Of a stretch of DNA of 64,000 nucleotides, positions 52,401 through 64,000 are shown piece by piece. Made by a program: the position numbers and the translations under genes. The notes under the pieces are model-generated. The model saw only the letters and a list, made by a program, of their open reading frames with translations. It was not told where the DNA came from and did no database searches. Origin of the DNA: Fimbriosthenelais zetlandica (taxonomy: Eukaryota); the NCBI GenBank assembly GCA_977030845.1, contig OZ365112.1:11408001-11472000 (forward strand). The letters are read 5' to 3'. Position 1 is the first letter of the stretch, and each line of letters starts with the position of its first letter.

Positions 52401-55400
52401 AGCACTGAGGGCGGCCTATTCTGGTGATATTACTCGGGCTCTGTTCCTGCTCCACCATCAACTGCCTCTGCTGCTGCTTCCCCTGCTCCTGATGCAGCCA
52501 GCAGCCTGCAAAGCACCGAGGACTTTGCAGGCTGTGTGACAATATTCCAGCCCTGCTGCAAAACGTTCCAATCTGGGTCAGTCCACTAAGACTAAGAGGA
52601 GTAGGGGGATGTATATTGGGACATCCCCCCACCCCCATCCGAGCAGCAGGTGTTCCATTAAAACATTGCACTAGTCTACTGGGAAGGAAACATCCCATCG
52701 GGACATCCTGCCTTAATCAAAAAATGAAAAACAAAAGCTTTTAATCACCATACTCTCTTATGTTTGTGCCTCTCGTTTAGTAAGTGCATGATAATGCATT
52801 GGGCAAGGCTTCCCGGAATACTTAGATCTCAAATGATTGTACCTATTATGTTTTAATGTATCATTCATTGCCCTGATTCCTCCCACCTTTTATGTGGGAT
52901 CTAGGTGTGCATTGAGGTGATGCTGGCTGGCCTCCAGGCCGCATTACCCTGGAAGAAAGCTCTGAATGATGGCTATAGGCCTGCAACATAAGCTTTACCG
53001 GGCCTCATTCCCCCCACCCATACTACTGTACATGTTTATATATCAGCCAGTCACGACATGCACGTGTAAGTCCATTACAACCTCGCCCTTACTGGAGGCA
53101 CCACTCGCTACAATACTCTGATTTCATGGCCTGGTCACCACCCTCTCTTTTCTGTCACCTCTGCCATGCCTTTCAATCATGGATGATTTATGAAAGGACC
53201 CAGCAAAGCTAAATTCTTGCATTTTGTCCAGAACCATCCTGAAAGGTCCTTGTTAGGGCAGCCCTCCTACATCAGGAGTCCACACCATCTATCAGGTGGT
53301 TGTCGTGGTTTAATCTATGGATAATCTTAGCACACATCCCCAGGCTTGCCCATTGAATTGTGAGCCCAGATTATTAATGCGATGACAAAGATATCTAGTG
53401 AGGGTCAGAGGCTGGGATGGGAGGCAGGGAAAAGGTCAGCTGATTTATTCACCACCTTAAGGCTGAGGATCCATCACTATGGTGACTGCCTGATAGATTG
53501 GGGTAGGGGGCTGGGCTGTGGTTGTGCGTGGGTGGGGGCAGGACGTAGGTGGATACAAGCCACTAGGAGATGGCATATTCATGAAACACTCCAATCTTAC
53601 TACTCACTATACTCTTTGCCTCAATTTAGTTGGGTACAGCCTTGATGGTCTTAGATATTACACTGACACAGAATATACCAAGTCTTTACATGCAATGCAA
53701 GAGCTGTTCCACCGGGAATGAGGTTACTCTAGAATTTCTCCGTGGAAATTGGTTTAAAACCCCAAAGCATTGACTTCGTTTCAAATTGAATTATTTATTT
53801 CCCAGCTGTGAAATAGATTGGATTGCATTGAGATGCATAGATTGTGGTGGTCCATGTCTGATAGGCCAAGAGGGCATTGAGAAAGCAAAGGTCCTCTTGT
53901 GGCAGATTGAGGGAAGTTGGGATAATATCTGACAGCTTCATTGCTGTACATTCTCTTTGGGGCGTCAATTTTCACAAGAGTGATTCGGTGCTTGAATCCA
54001 ACCAGGATTCCATGTACCTTCTTGAGGTTGACATAGGCCTACTTTCAGGGCGAGTGTTGCTGCTCAGAACTTCCCAAGCTGTGCATTGTACTGAAGGTTG
54101 GCCTTAAGCTCTTGTATATGCAGTGTGTATTTGATACCTATTCCCTCGCACTGGCCAGCCAAACTATGCTCTTAGCTGTTTGCTACTGCTAAGGTTTGCC
54201 CTTAAGGCCTTATATATGCGGCGGTGTGTTTGTGAGTCCTATGCTGGCCCACCTATAGGTGACTTTGTGCTGTGGAATTGCTGCTTTCCTGGCAAGAAGT
54301 GTCTCATTCAGCTAGCTGAAGCCCAACACGCCGGCTCCAGCTGCCGCCTCTGCTGTGTGGGCGGGGATAAATGATACTGTGTGAGCTTCAGCAGGACTGC
54401 CAAGAACTCGCAGCTCCTTCCTCTCTGCTGAGGGCTTTTAGAAAGCTGTATTTTTCCAGCTTCTGGTCTAATGGGACTTCCTTCTGTAATGGATGTGGTG
54501 TACACTGGCTGAAGGTCGTCCCTCCATACCTGCCCTTACCTTCAGGTGTTTTGTTACCTTCAAAGCTTAACAAACATATGGCCTACTGTGGCATGTGGTA
54601 TTTGAAATTGCCCAATATCTGAGTTATTGTCAGTAGAAGGTGAAGGTCTATGCAAATTGACTTTCGCTATTAATAGAAATCGCTGACACATTTTGACAAT
54701 GATGAGAGACTTGTATGCTTAAAAACTCTCAAAGACAATTTACAGTTACCCGTATGTGATTGACACAGTGGAAAGCATTGCCTTTATATTGCCTACACTG
54801 AGGTGCTCTGCCGTTTTAATGGCTGTGAGCTATAGTATAGAGCAACTCATAACTCCAAGGCTCAGCATCTGTGAACCTCAATAAGGCATAGACAAGCCGG
54901 CTCCTCACTGGCCATAGAGTAAAGGCCAAATAGCCATGCCCTGTACCAACGAGCAGTAACCTTCTACTGAACTGAAAGACGTGCAGGAATTTGCACACTA
55001 CTCTCACCCCAACCTACTGCAATAACTTCCTCTATTCAGTTTCAGCTTCTGGGTTAATCCAACTTAGTCAAGGACCCTGCCTGTACATGTCATGACTCCT
55101 CATCCACAACCCTCGTCCATGCCCTATCACGAAGAGGGTCCCAGTCGGACAGCACAACAAAGGGCAGGCTAAGAGCAAGCTCTAATCCATGCATTAAATC
55201 CCGCCTGATGCATGGCATATCTAACACAGCTCATGTGCCACGTTTAAATGGCTTTCACACTACTACTGTGCAACAGCCATGCTCCCTAACCCAACCTCCT
55301 AACATCAATATACTTACCATTGATCATCGAAGCTCGGGGTACTGAATCTGCTTCATGGTTATAGCTGAAATTCAGAGTTTTTATTAATGCTTAGCCTTTG

Positions 55401-58400
55401 TATATTATCTTCCCCAAACCATCTGTTCAAGGCCTTGCTTTAGGTACTAATTCCCGCCACCCTTCATCCTACCACCTCTCTTTGATCAGCTAGTCGCTTC
55501 TGTTGTTCACTTTTCCTCAGTGATCTGGTGGTAGACAACACTCTCTTGTATCGCCTGACCAGGGTCAAGGCTCTATGGAAAAGAAATCGGTGAGCACGGT
55601 TGGAGGGCTAATCATTGTGGTTACCAGCTTATTATGGCAGATAGCCTATCACCGGCCCCGCCTGTGGCAGGAACATGCGCAGTAGCAACCTCTTGATCAC
55701 ATCAAAGTCCCATGTCAGTATCAGGCCTGGCTCTAAGGCCGCCAATATATTGATAAATATCCCTCTGGTTAGAAGCCAAGGTTCATTTGTTCCCTACTGG
55801 CAACCTTCATAGACCAGAACCTAGGATCACAGAAATAAATCATCGATCCTCACTAAGAAGCTCTATTCCCTGCTTCAAGTCTTGTATTGAAATAATGAGA
55901 ATAAATTTTAGATGATCCAGCCATGTTGATGTGGACTGGCTGTGTGGTTTCAGTTCAGAGTTATGATTGATGAGCTGTGCTGGACTTATAATGAGGGGAC
56001 TGCTGTCAGACCATTTTTCACCTTACACCTGCCATGCATGGTGCTGCACATGAACCTATTGCTTGGAAGGCACAGATTGAACTCTAGCCATCCAGTTCTG
56101 TATTCAGAAGCTATTTACCCTTCCTATCTAACCACATGTTATTCTGACAACCCAGCCAACATTGCCCTGTTGTCGGACAAACCAGAATCGCATGGGATGG
56201 ACACAGATGCTGTGTGACTGCGGGCCTGTGATATGTTGACTGTCCGGTGTCAAGTACACAGGCTTGTTGACTTTACCAGACTCTAGGAACCAGTGAGCAA
56301 ACAAGAGCCAGAGAATGGCTGGCCTTCTAGAGATGAGGCCTCTGAACCGGCTCTCCTTCCCCTTCCCCCACCACTAATGACAATTACAGAGACTACCCTC
56401 CTAATGGGGCCATTAGATGGGTTGGGTAAAGGCTGGAGGAAATGTTTTTCTTTCTCCGCTGAATAAACCGCTGTCTTTGTTAAATCGATGGTCTCTCTCA
56501 GAGGAATAGGGGCACACTTTTCTAGTACAAAGATCTTATCCTCTTTGATGATGTCAATCGCATCATTGTTAAAGACAAAATCGACCATATGCTTGAGTGT
56601 GTTGGAAATAAATTCATTCTTTGCAATGGAATGTTGGCAATCCCCGATATCTTCCCAATGAAAGACATTGGGTGCAGAAAGATATCCAGGTAGGATCTCA
56701 TGTGTTGAGAGTTTAACATTGAATTCAGGTGGCACGATGTAAAAATGATTGCTTCAGCTTGTACTTCGCCTTATACACATCCATTCCTATAGGTACATCA
56801 ATGTGGCTGGCACATGACCCAGAAATCTATTGAATCTAAAGCTTGTATAAATAGTTGTATCCCTCTTGACTGGATGTTTATTTGATACGATTGTGTGCTG
56901 TGACAGTAGCTTTTATATTCCAGATTCCCCACACTGATCATAGGACCTACAAGTACCCTCTACCCGGGTGTACCGCCCACTTTTCAGTTGAATGATTTAT
57001 ATATTATGTTCCTTTCAGCCTGTTCTTACTGATGCTTTATACCCAACATTGACATATGTGAGAAACATAATTGCGGCATTAAATCAAATACTCTGAACTT
57101 TTGACATCCTTTCTCCTCTAAATTACAGTTTCTTTCATGACTTTATAAACAGTAATTATCTGCTTCCTCTTATTAACAACTCCACTTATTTCCAGCTGTT
57201 GCGCTTCATATTTTTTGCTCATTTCCTCAACATTTAATAATTCTTGAAAAAATTAATGACTCGGGTAAGTTTCTTGTACTAACCACTTCACTTGGTCCTA
57301 TTTCCAGCTCAACAAAACGGCCAATAGTGCCCTATTACTAAACCAGACAGTTGAGTATAGTCGTTCACACTTACTAAACCAAAGGTGTTGGCCTCCCCTC
57401 CCCAAAAGCATGCAGGCCCTTTATTCCGGTAGAGAAAAAACAGACCTTATTCATTCCATGGACAAAAATGACATTAGAGGTTCTTACTCTTGAAATACAA
57501 GCAACATTTGTTCTTGGGGTGATATTTCCGAGTGGTATAACCTCTATTCATCCGACCTCTTGGTCTGCAATGTCGCCGGTGGATAGGGACTATTTTGTGG
57601 AATATGATCATGATTTAATGAGAGTATAAGGGCCGTTGTGTGCAGTAGTAGTCACTACCTGCTTGGCATGTTGCCAGCTCGGACTCACTCAGCATGTGGG
57701 TCTCCCAGATCCCCTTAACCCGCGATATCAATGGCGTGACTACTACTGGCTTCTCTTGTTAAATTACATTCTTCCCCATTTTCTTCCCTTGTTAGATCTT
57801 GGCCAGTGATGGACGATGTGTGGGATGCATGCATGGGGGAATAACAACTACCTACTTACAAAACAGTCATTCATTCTCCCCCTGTCACATGAACCCGTTT
57901 CAAGAAAAGGGAAAAAGGTGAACATGCATTACTGGAAGATGGAGGTTTTGCTTGATGAATTATATAAGGAAATGGACTGAGTGGGATTGCATGTTTATAT
58001 CCACAGGTCATTGGGGCATTTCCTCTACATAAAAGCACACCTGTATGTTCAATGGTGTCTATTACACCGTATCTATATACAACTGGACATATACCATTGT
58101 GATAGCATTATTTAGGATCATCACATACAAAGTGGAAAGTATCAGGTTCTTTGGTTTTGACCTTTCAAGATAGGTGTAAGTTATCCTGCTGAATGCTCCT
58201 TCCTCCCACCTACTCTAACCCACTTCAGGTAATGCTAATCATGCGATGACCCTCCTCCAAGTCCTCCTTCATGAGACTGCATGTCACGCCTGGCCCTTCC
58301 CCACATAATCCATGTTCATGGATGAGAAATAAGGTTAGCATAGCCGGCCACGAAGTCTGTATTTGATAGGCCCCATGGGCAGGAGAGAGGGTTTTTATAT

Positions 58401-61400
58401 CTCATTCAGTATTCGTGAACCCATGTTGCTGACATGGCCATGGTGGACCGCCTCTGACAGGTGGGTGAGAGGATCAACCTCTGGGTTCATAACGTATGTT
58501 TGTCTTGTATACAGCCTTCTCTCACCAACCTTAGGTCATCTAGTTAGGCTAGCCACCGTCTTTGTGAGTCTGGCAACCTGGGAGGGACTGGAGAGATCAT
58601 GTTCTGACGGACATAACTCTCCACAAATGTTATCTTGGACTTCTTACTCTCCCCGTGACAATCAATAGCACACATATCCTTCCCCAGCATCCGTCGATTG
58701 ACCAGTCCCACTGGACTCAACCCTGACCACCCATGCCATAAATCTAGCAGACCAACTGCATTCCCGGCCATTGATGCTCCATACTCCGGCCCTAAATAAA
58801 ATATATCACTTGGCTCAGCCACCGCTAGTTGTACTCGGAATATGAAGGATGATAGGGTTTGTTGGACGCAGTCAGGGTAGCTTATCAGGACATGTTCATT
58901 TTGTATGGTCTGGCTGCAGCTTCTATATTCCTCTTTATGCACTGTGCCAACTTGAATTGAATGAGGCTGATCATACTGAATCTCTGAGGTTGTATTCTGA
59001 CCATAAAATGGCACTGAGTATAGATAGATTTTCAAGATTCCCCGCCCCCAACCCCTTCTCCGCCAGTACTAAGCTTATGGATATATGACACGTTCCCATA
59101 CTGTATATGAGTGGTCAGCCTAGCGTGAGACATGGGTGTATGACTCTGTTATACCCATTACCTTTGGTGGGTCAGTGAACAGCATGATCTGATGGGGAGC
59201 CATGGGAATTGGATACACTCCCCTTAATCCCTGGCCTTGATCCATAAAATCCAGATGGATGATCTCGGTACTCATATTGGGGACGGTACTACAGCATACA
59301 ACCATTGTCTTGTATCCAAATCTGTACCACCCTATGCATCTTTTACCTTCCCCATCCATTCTCTTAAAGCATTTTATGATATTAAGGGAGACAAACGAGG
59401 TTGAGGAGTCACAAGGCTGGATTGGTATTCACTGGATCTAGGCATACTCAACACAAATAATGGCGGGAGTAACCACGGTAATGGAGCCTTGGCGTCCCAG
59501 AGAGAGCGAAAATAAGCAGATCAAGGCAACGACTTTATACACGCGAGAATCAATACAAACACATCAAGAAATTGGATTGGTCTAGAGAAGATCTACACCA
59601 GTGTTATTATAGCCCTTATTTCATCCCCCTCAAATGATACAAATTTGTACAGTGAGACCTCAATGTCCCATCTATATACATTGTATGTTAAAATGAGATG
59701 AGCAAGGGGGGCTTTCTCTAAATACATGGCTTTTATATTCCCGCGATGCCTTGGTGTGACTTCGCAGTTCAAGGCACCTTTTGAACTCAATGCCTTCTCG
59801 AGATAATTTAACTAGCCTCTGCGTTCTCTCATCTCTCTGCCGTTGCCCTTTTTTGTCAGGACCTTTTTAGATCTGCGAGTGCTTCTAATCATCTCTCTGT
59901 AGCCTTTCTCAAACCTTAAGGCTGAGGATAAGAAATAACCTCCTTGGCTGTGAATACTATGCTCATCCCACCTCTACGCCTGTCTCCCGTTGCTAGGTAA
60001 CGCGTTCCCATGGACCTTGCTGCTGTTAGTTCACTCTGGTCGCCATGATGGATGTTGAGCGTCTCGCCCTATCGCTTCCTCTTTCCACCGGAAGTTCCGA
60101 TGCACATCATCTGACCGATCCCATCTACCTCCTGCAAAGGAGAGCTCCGATGGTTGCTTTCTTACCAACCTGGTGATCACCAAAGGTCATAACCAAGTAC
60201 AAAAAACTTCATATCACCCTGTGAACCATATACACTCCTTCATCTGTCGATGACTTCTCCAGAACATACTTCCTCTCCTTGAAGAAGTGACATATGGTGC
60301 AGAAGGGGCCTTTAGATCAAACCTAACCTTCCTTGTAACCACCTATTAATGAGTTCCTCCCTTTTGCCTCTTGGATTCTTTGATCCAAGTCCAAGACCGG
60401 TATGTGTCATTTGCTCTGGAATGAGGTGATTTATGCTCCTGGCAGTAGGGGTCCCTCTACGTGTAGGCTATATTATTACCTTTGCCAGACAGAAAGCTCT
60501 CTAGCTTTGCCTATAGTCCTACTTCATCCCAAGACCAGCATCTTGAAGTGGTCTAAATCAAATTTAGGAATATCAATCATTTCTCTTGTTTTAGTTTCCA
60601 AATTGACTCCTGTGATGACCTGTCTTTGCAAAGTAAATCAGAAGTGTAGGTGGAATAATTTGTGGGTGAAATAATTTGATTGTTGTATGAAGATGTTCTT
60701 TCATAAAATGTTACCCTATAGCTATTGTGCATGACCCCTTAAAGCCACAATAAAGCTAAGTCTATATAATAACATGTGTCTTGGCCCAGCACCATATTTC
60801 CTCCGCCCCATTTGTTAGTTGTACCCATCTTCCCCCTATTGTGAACCCTTCCCGTTACTCGGGTCTGGGTCAGAAGCCACTCAGAGAAGCACAGTGGCCA
60901 AGTCAAATATTTAAAGAAGGTCTGACGAAGCTGTCGTCTGAAGCACGACCTCTCTACCCTAGCACGTCTGCCGTGGGAACTTCTTTCATTTCCAGCATTG
61001 CCTCCTCATCCCCACCCCCTCCTTTTCCATTTCCACCCTTCCCATTCCCCTGTTGTTCTTCAACAAGGACCACATGTGTGTGTGCTTTCCACATGTTAAA
61101 CTGACAAAAGTTTGTTCATATCTTCCGTCGAGAGGAACTGACATAAACACTGGCCTTTCAAATCTGATATCAGCAAGGACAAAGCATTTTGTTTATGAAT
61201 TTACTCTTCAGTCAGGAGATAGAATTACAAGGCTCTCCGTGTAATCATATTACATGGACTTGAGGACATGTGGTGGCCTACTTTCATTCTAAAAGAGATC
61301 TTCCTCTCTCTCCCACTTTTTCTATTGGAGAATATTCATTCATATCTCCATCACATGGCCCTGTAACAGTTGTGCACCTGCCAATGCTTATCTCAGTTTT

Positions 61401-64000
61401 GCACAAGGGAGTAACTATAGATTTGCCATCCTCCTCATCATTCCATAGAAATTACATGGAAAACTATTCCGTGCATGGGGAAATTGGCGAGGGGAAAATT
61501 GAGCCACTCTTCTGAGTGAACCACCTTGCTATACCCAAGACACGTTGCATTAATTCAGAATGAATCCTGAGAGAGGCTCTATTTCGTCACTCACGTTTTA
61601 AAAGGGATCTGGGGACTTGGAACAACTCTGGTTGGTGTTGAATGATAGAGTTGTACTAGACTGGAGTCGGGTTAGTTGGCCCTGACCCTCAACCCTCATG
61701 CTGGGGTAGAGTTTAGGAGGGGTGGAATGAGGGTTGAGGGAGGTTGTTCCCTCATCTTCTATCATCCTCAGACCAGTACCCATGTCCATATGTTTGATGT
61801 GACTGATGGATCCCTGGTTAGATTGCTACTGACCTACTCCTCAGATGCTCGCCATGTGCTCTCGAGTTACTCTTGAGCTGGATCTCCCTCCCTGACTCAA
61901 GGACTCTGTCCTTCTCCCTTCAGTATCGTTTTGATATATGTCTCACTTATTTTTTTCACTTGTTTAGCACGAGCTCTTTGAGTTTGTGGTTTCGTTTTCT
62001 CTCCTTCCTCTCGCCATTCTCCTCTCAGAGCCTTGGCCTTTAATTTGAACCCTTTCTCTCTGCCCCCTCCCTTCAAATGCTCTTTTCATTACTAGCAGGC
62101 GACGCCTGGCCTTTAAAGCGTGAGAAGGTGAGAAAAAGAGATCAGTGTTTAGCACTGAGTCCATGTCACATTAGCTGTAATATCACTGTCCTCAACAAGC
62201 TCTCATCATCCCCAGCCTGTCTGTCTGTCCGCCCGATCAATGAGCCCACCTATAAATAACTTAATGATGTAATCACTTGTTTCCCTGGGAACCTCAAATA
62301 TAATATCATCATGCTATTTTACATTTGGATGGTCTGGATTATGGCAATGCTCATTGTGTTGCCTTACAACTGCTCCCTTCCCAACGAATATATTCTTTTT
62401 TCCGTGACTAATTCTAATCGGAATGTCTATGAATCTGTATGGGTTGGCATGATCCCTCACCTCTATTTTCTCACAATTTTACCCCTCATTGACTGAGCGT
62501 TATCAATCTTTTATTTAAAAAAACAACTTTTCCGTAGGTGGTCTGAACGTGGCTTGGTTCTAGTTGGAAATGATGAGCATTTCTTATTGCCCTGGCCTCG
62601 CAGGGGACAATCGAGAAGCTCAGTTTGATGGAAAGATATCATTGATTATCAAGCCTTTTTCTCCAGTAAGCAATCTCGGTTTAATCCCATCGTCCTTTTC
62701 AATTGAATGAAATACTCCTTTGTTGCTTGCACTTGGCTGCTCCTTCTCCAATATATTTCTCCTCCTTCAAAGAGGAGGACTATTTAGAGGATCATAAATA
62801 TTCTCCACTTGGGGATGGGATCCTTTCTGGATCGAGAATGGGAGAAAAAGGAAGAGATAATGTCTTTGAGGGTGATAATGCTTATCTCATTCATTATGTA
62901 GTTAAGGCGTAGCACATCAAAGATTCCCTGTGTAGTCAGTGGAAAGAAATCCTTACTGATAAGATCATCTTTTCCAACTGAAGGAAGAATAATTTAAAAA
63001 TTCTTCCTCCATTATTCGTCCAGTCCTTCCGAAACTATCAAATGTTTGGATACTAATTCTTGGCGTCTGTAAGCATGACTTTGCCTGTATACATGTTACA
63101 TTTTGCTTCTAATAGAACATTTACATATTGGGACAGAAGTCAGGACTGGTCTTGGAGCTTGTCCAAAATATCCCTGTATGTATTAATATTATCCGACCCT
63201 ATTTGGACAAGACTGTCACCAATTAATATTAATAAAGGGTATAATAAACTTCATGGGAGTGGTGGCAGCAATTATTATGAATACAGAAATTATGAAGTCA
63301 GTTTTGAAAAATGTAAATTTAAAATGACTCAGTCACTTTGCACTACAATTTCAGTAAAATGGCGAGTGACAAATGGTGCATTTATACAGTACTTGTCCCA
63401 TTGTTGATACACATAAAGAGTACTCTGAGTAGTAAAAGCCTTTTTTGTCCATCAAAGGGTCAGGTTGTCACTCACTTGGCTCTTTGTCACTGTACATGTT
63501 TTTGTACGATGTCTATGTATCAGTCAGACATAGTAAATATAGGACAAGCTCAAGGGAAAAACTACACGCATTTCATCTGGTCCAGATGACGCCAGCTATG
63601 TGCATATTGAAATGGAAATATGTAGGACACATGCACTCTCTTTCTCACTGTCTTTCCCTCCACATATGGGATGCTACTACAACTGTATATATATGATAAG
63701 TATGTGGAGGTATGGGGGTTGACCTCGTATACAATTATCATAGAATCCAAATTAATACATTATCCGTGGCTGTGACAAGATGTCAATCTTTTACACACCA
63801 CCCACATTGTTCTATTGTATGCTGAATCAGGATACATCAATGCGAACTTTAGTAACAAACCACTCTCAAGTCTACATTGAGTCTTTATTGTTTTGTGATT
63901 ACCACTCTAATTTCATAATGACTCCTCGCGGCCCCAATTAACACACCCGACCCATCCCCCACCCGCCCTCTCTGACTACAGAATACCAGCCAAGTTTTTA

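Noticed and set aside
56283-56735. 150-aa minus-strand ORF
   Set aside because: No recognisable domain and no flanking promoter, splice or poly(A) support.
58544-59035. 163-aa minus-strand ORF
   Set aside because: No recognisable domain or gene context.
42727-64000. Tweety exon 4 onward
   Set aside because: I found no phase-0 exon with tweety-like sequence by eye. It probably lies beyond the window, though a poorly conserved exon could have been missed.

Overview
Animal (invertebrate-like) AT-rich genomic DNA with spliceosomal introns. I saw no prokaryotic features, CRISPR arrays, rRNA or convincing tRNA genes, and no intact transposon. The ORF track is mostly noise, so gene models were built by hand from GT-AG junctions and protein motifs. 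Three genes are present. (1) The last five coding exons of U2AF2/U2AF65 (+, 777-1910). (2) A complete p38-pathway MAP2K of the MKK3/6 class (-, 8 coding exons, 16749 to 4945, 338 aa), convergent with U2AF2. (3) The first three coding exons of a tweety/TTYH gene (+, 17665-42726), head-to-head with the kinase, with introns of 16.4 kb, 8.3 kb and apparently >21 kb. The best lead is a candidate second MKK3/6 first exon (10512-10951) that splices in phase to exon 2 and adds a ~131-aa S/T-P-rich N-terminal extension. It lies downstream of its own AP-1/CRE/NF-kB/CCAAT motif cluster, suggesting a stress-inducible isoform. Other leads are candidate poison or decoy 3' splice sites in the U2AF2 intron, a CTCF plus CRE bidirectional promoter, repeated RFX X-boxes in the tweety introns and TAGGCCTA enrichment. 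All motif counts are by eye and all regulatory interpretations are inference.
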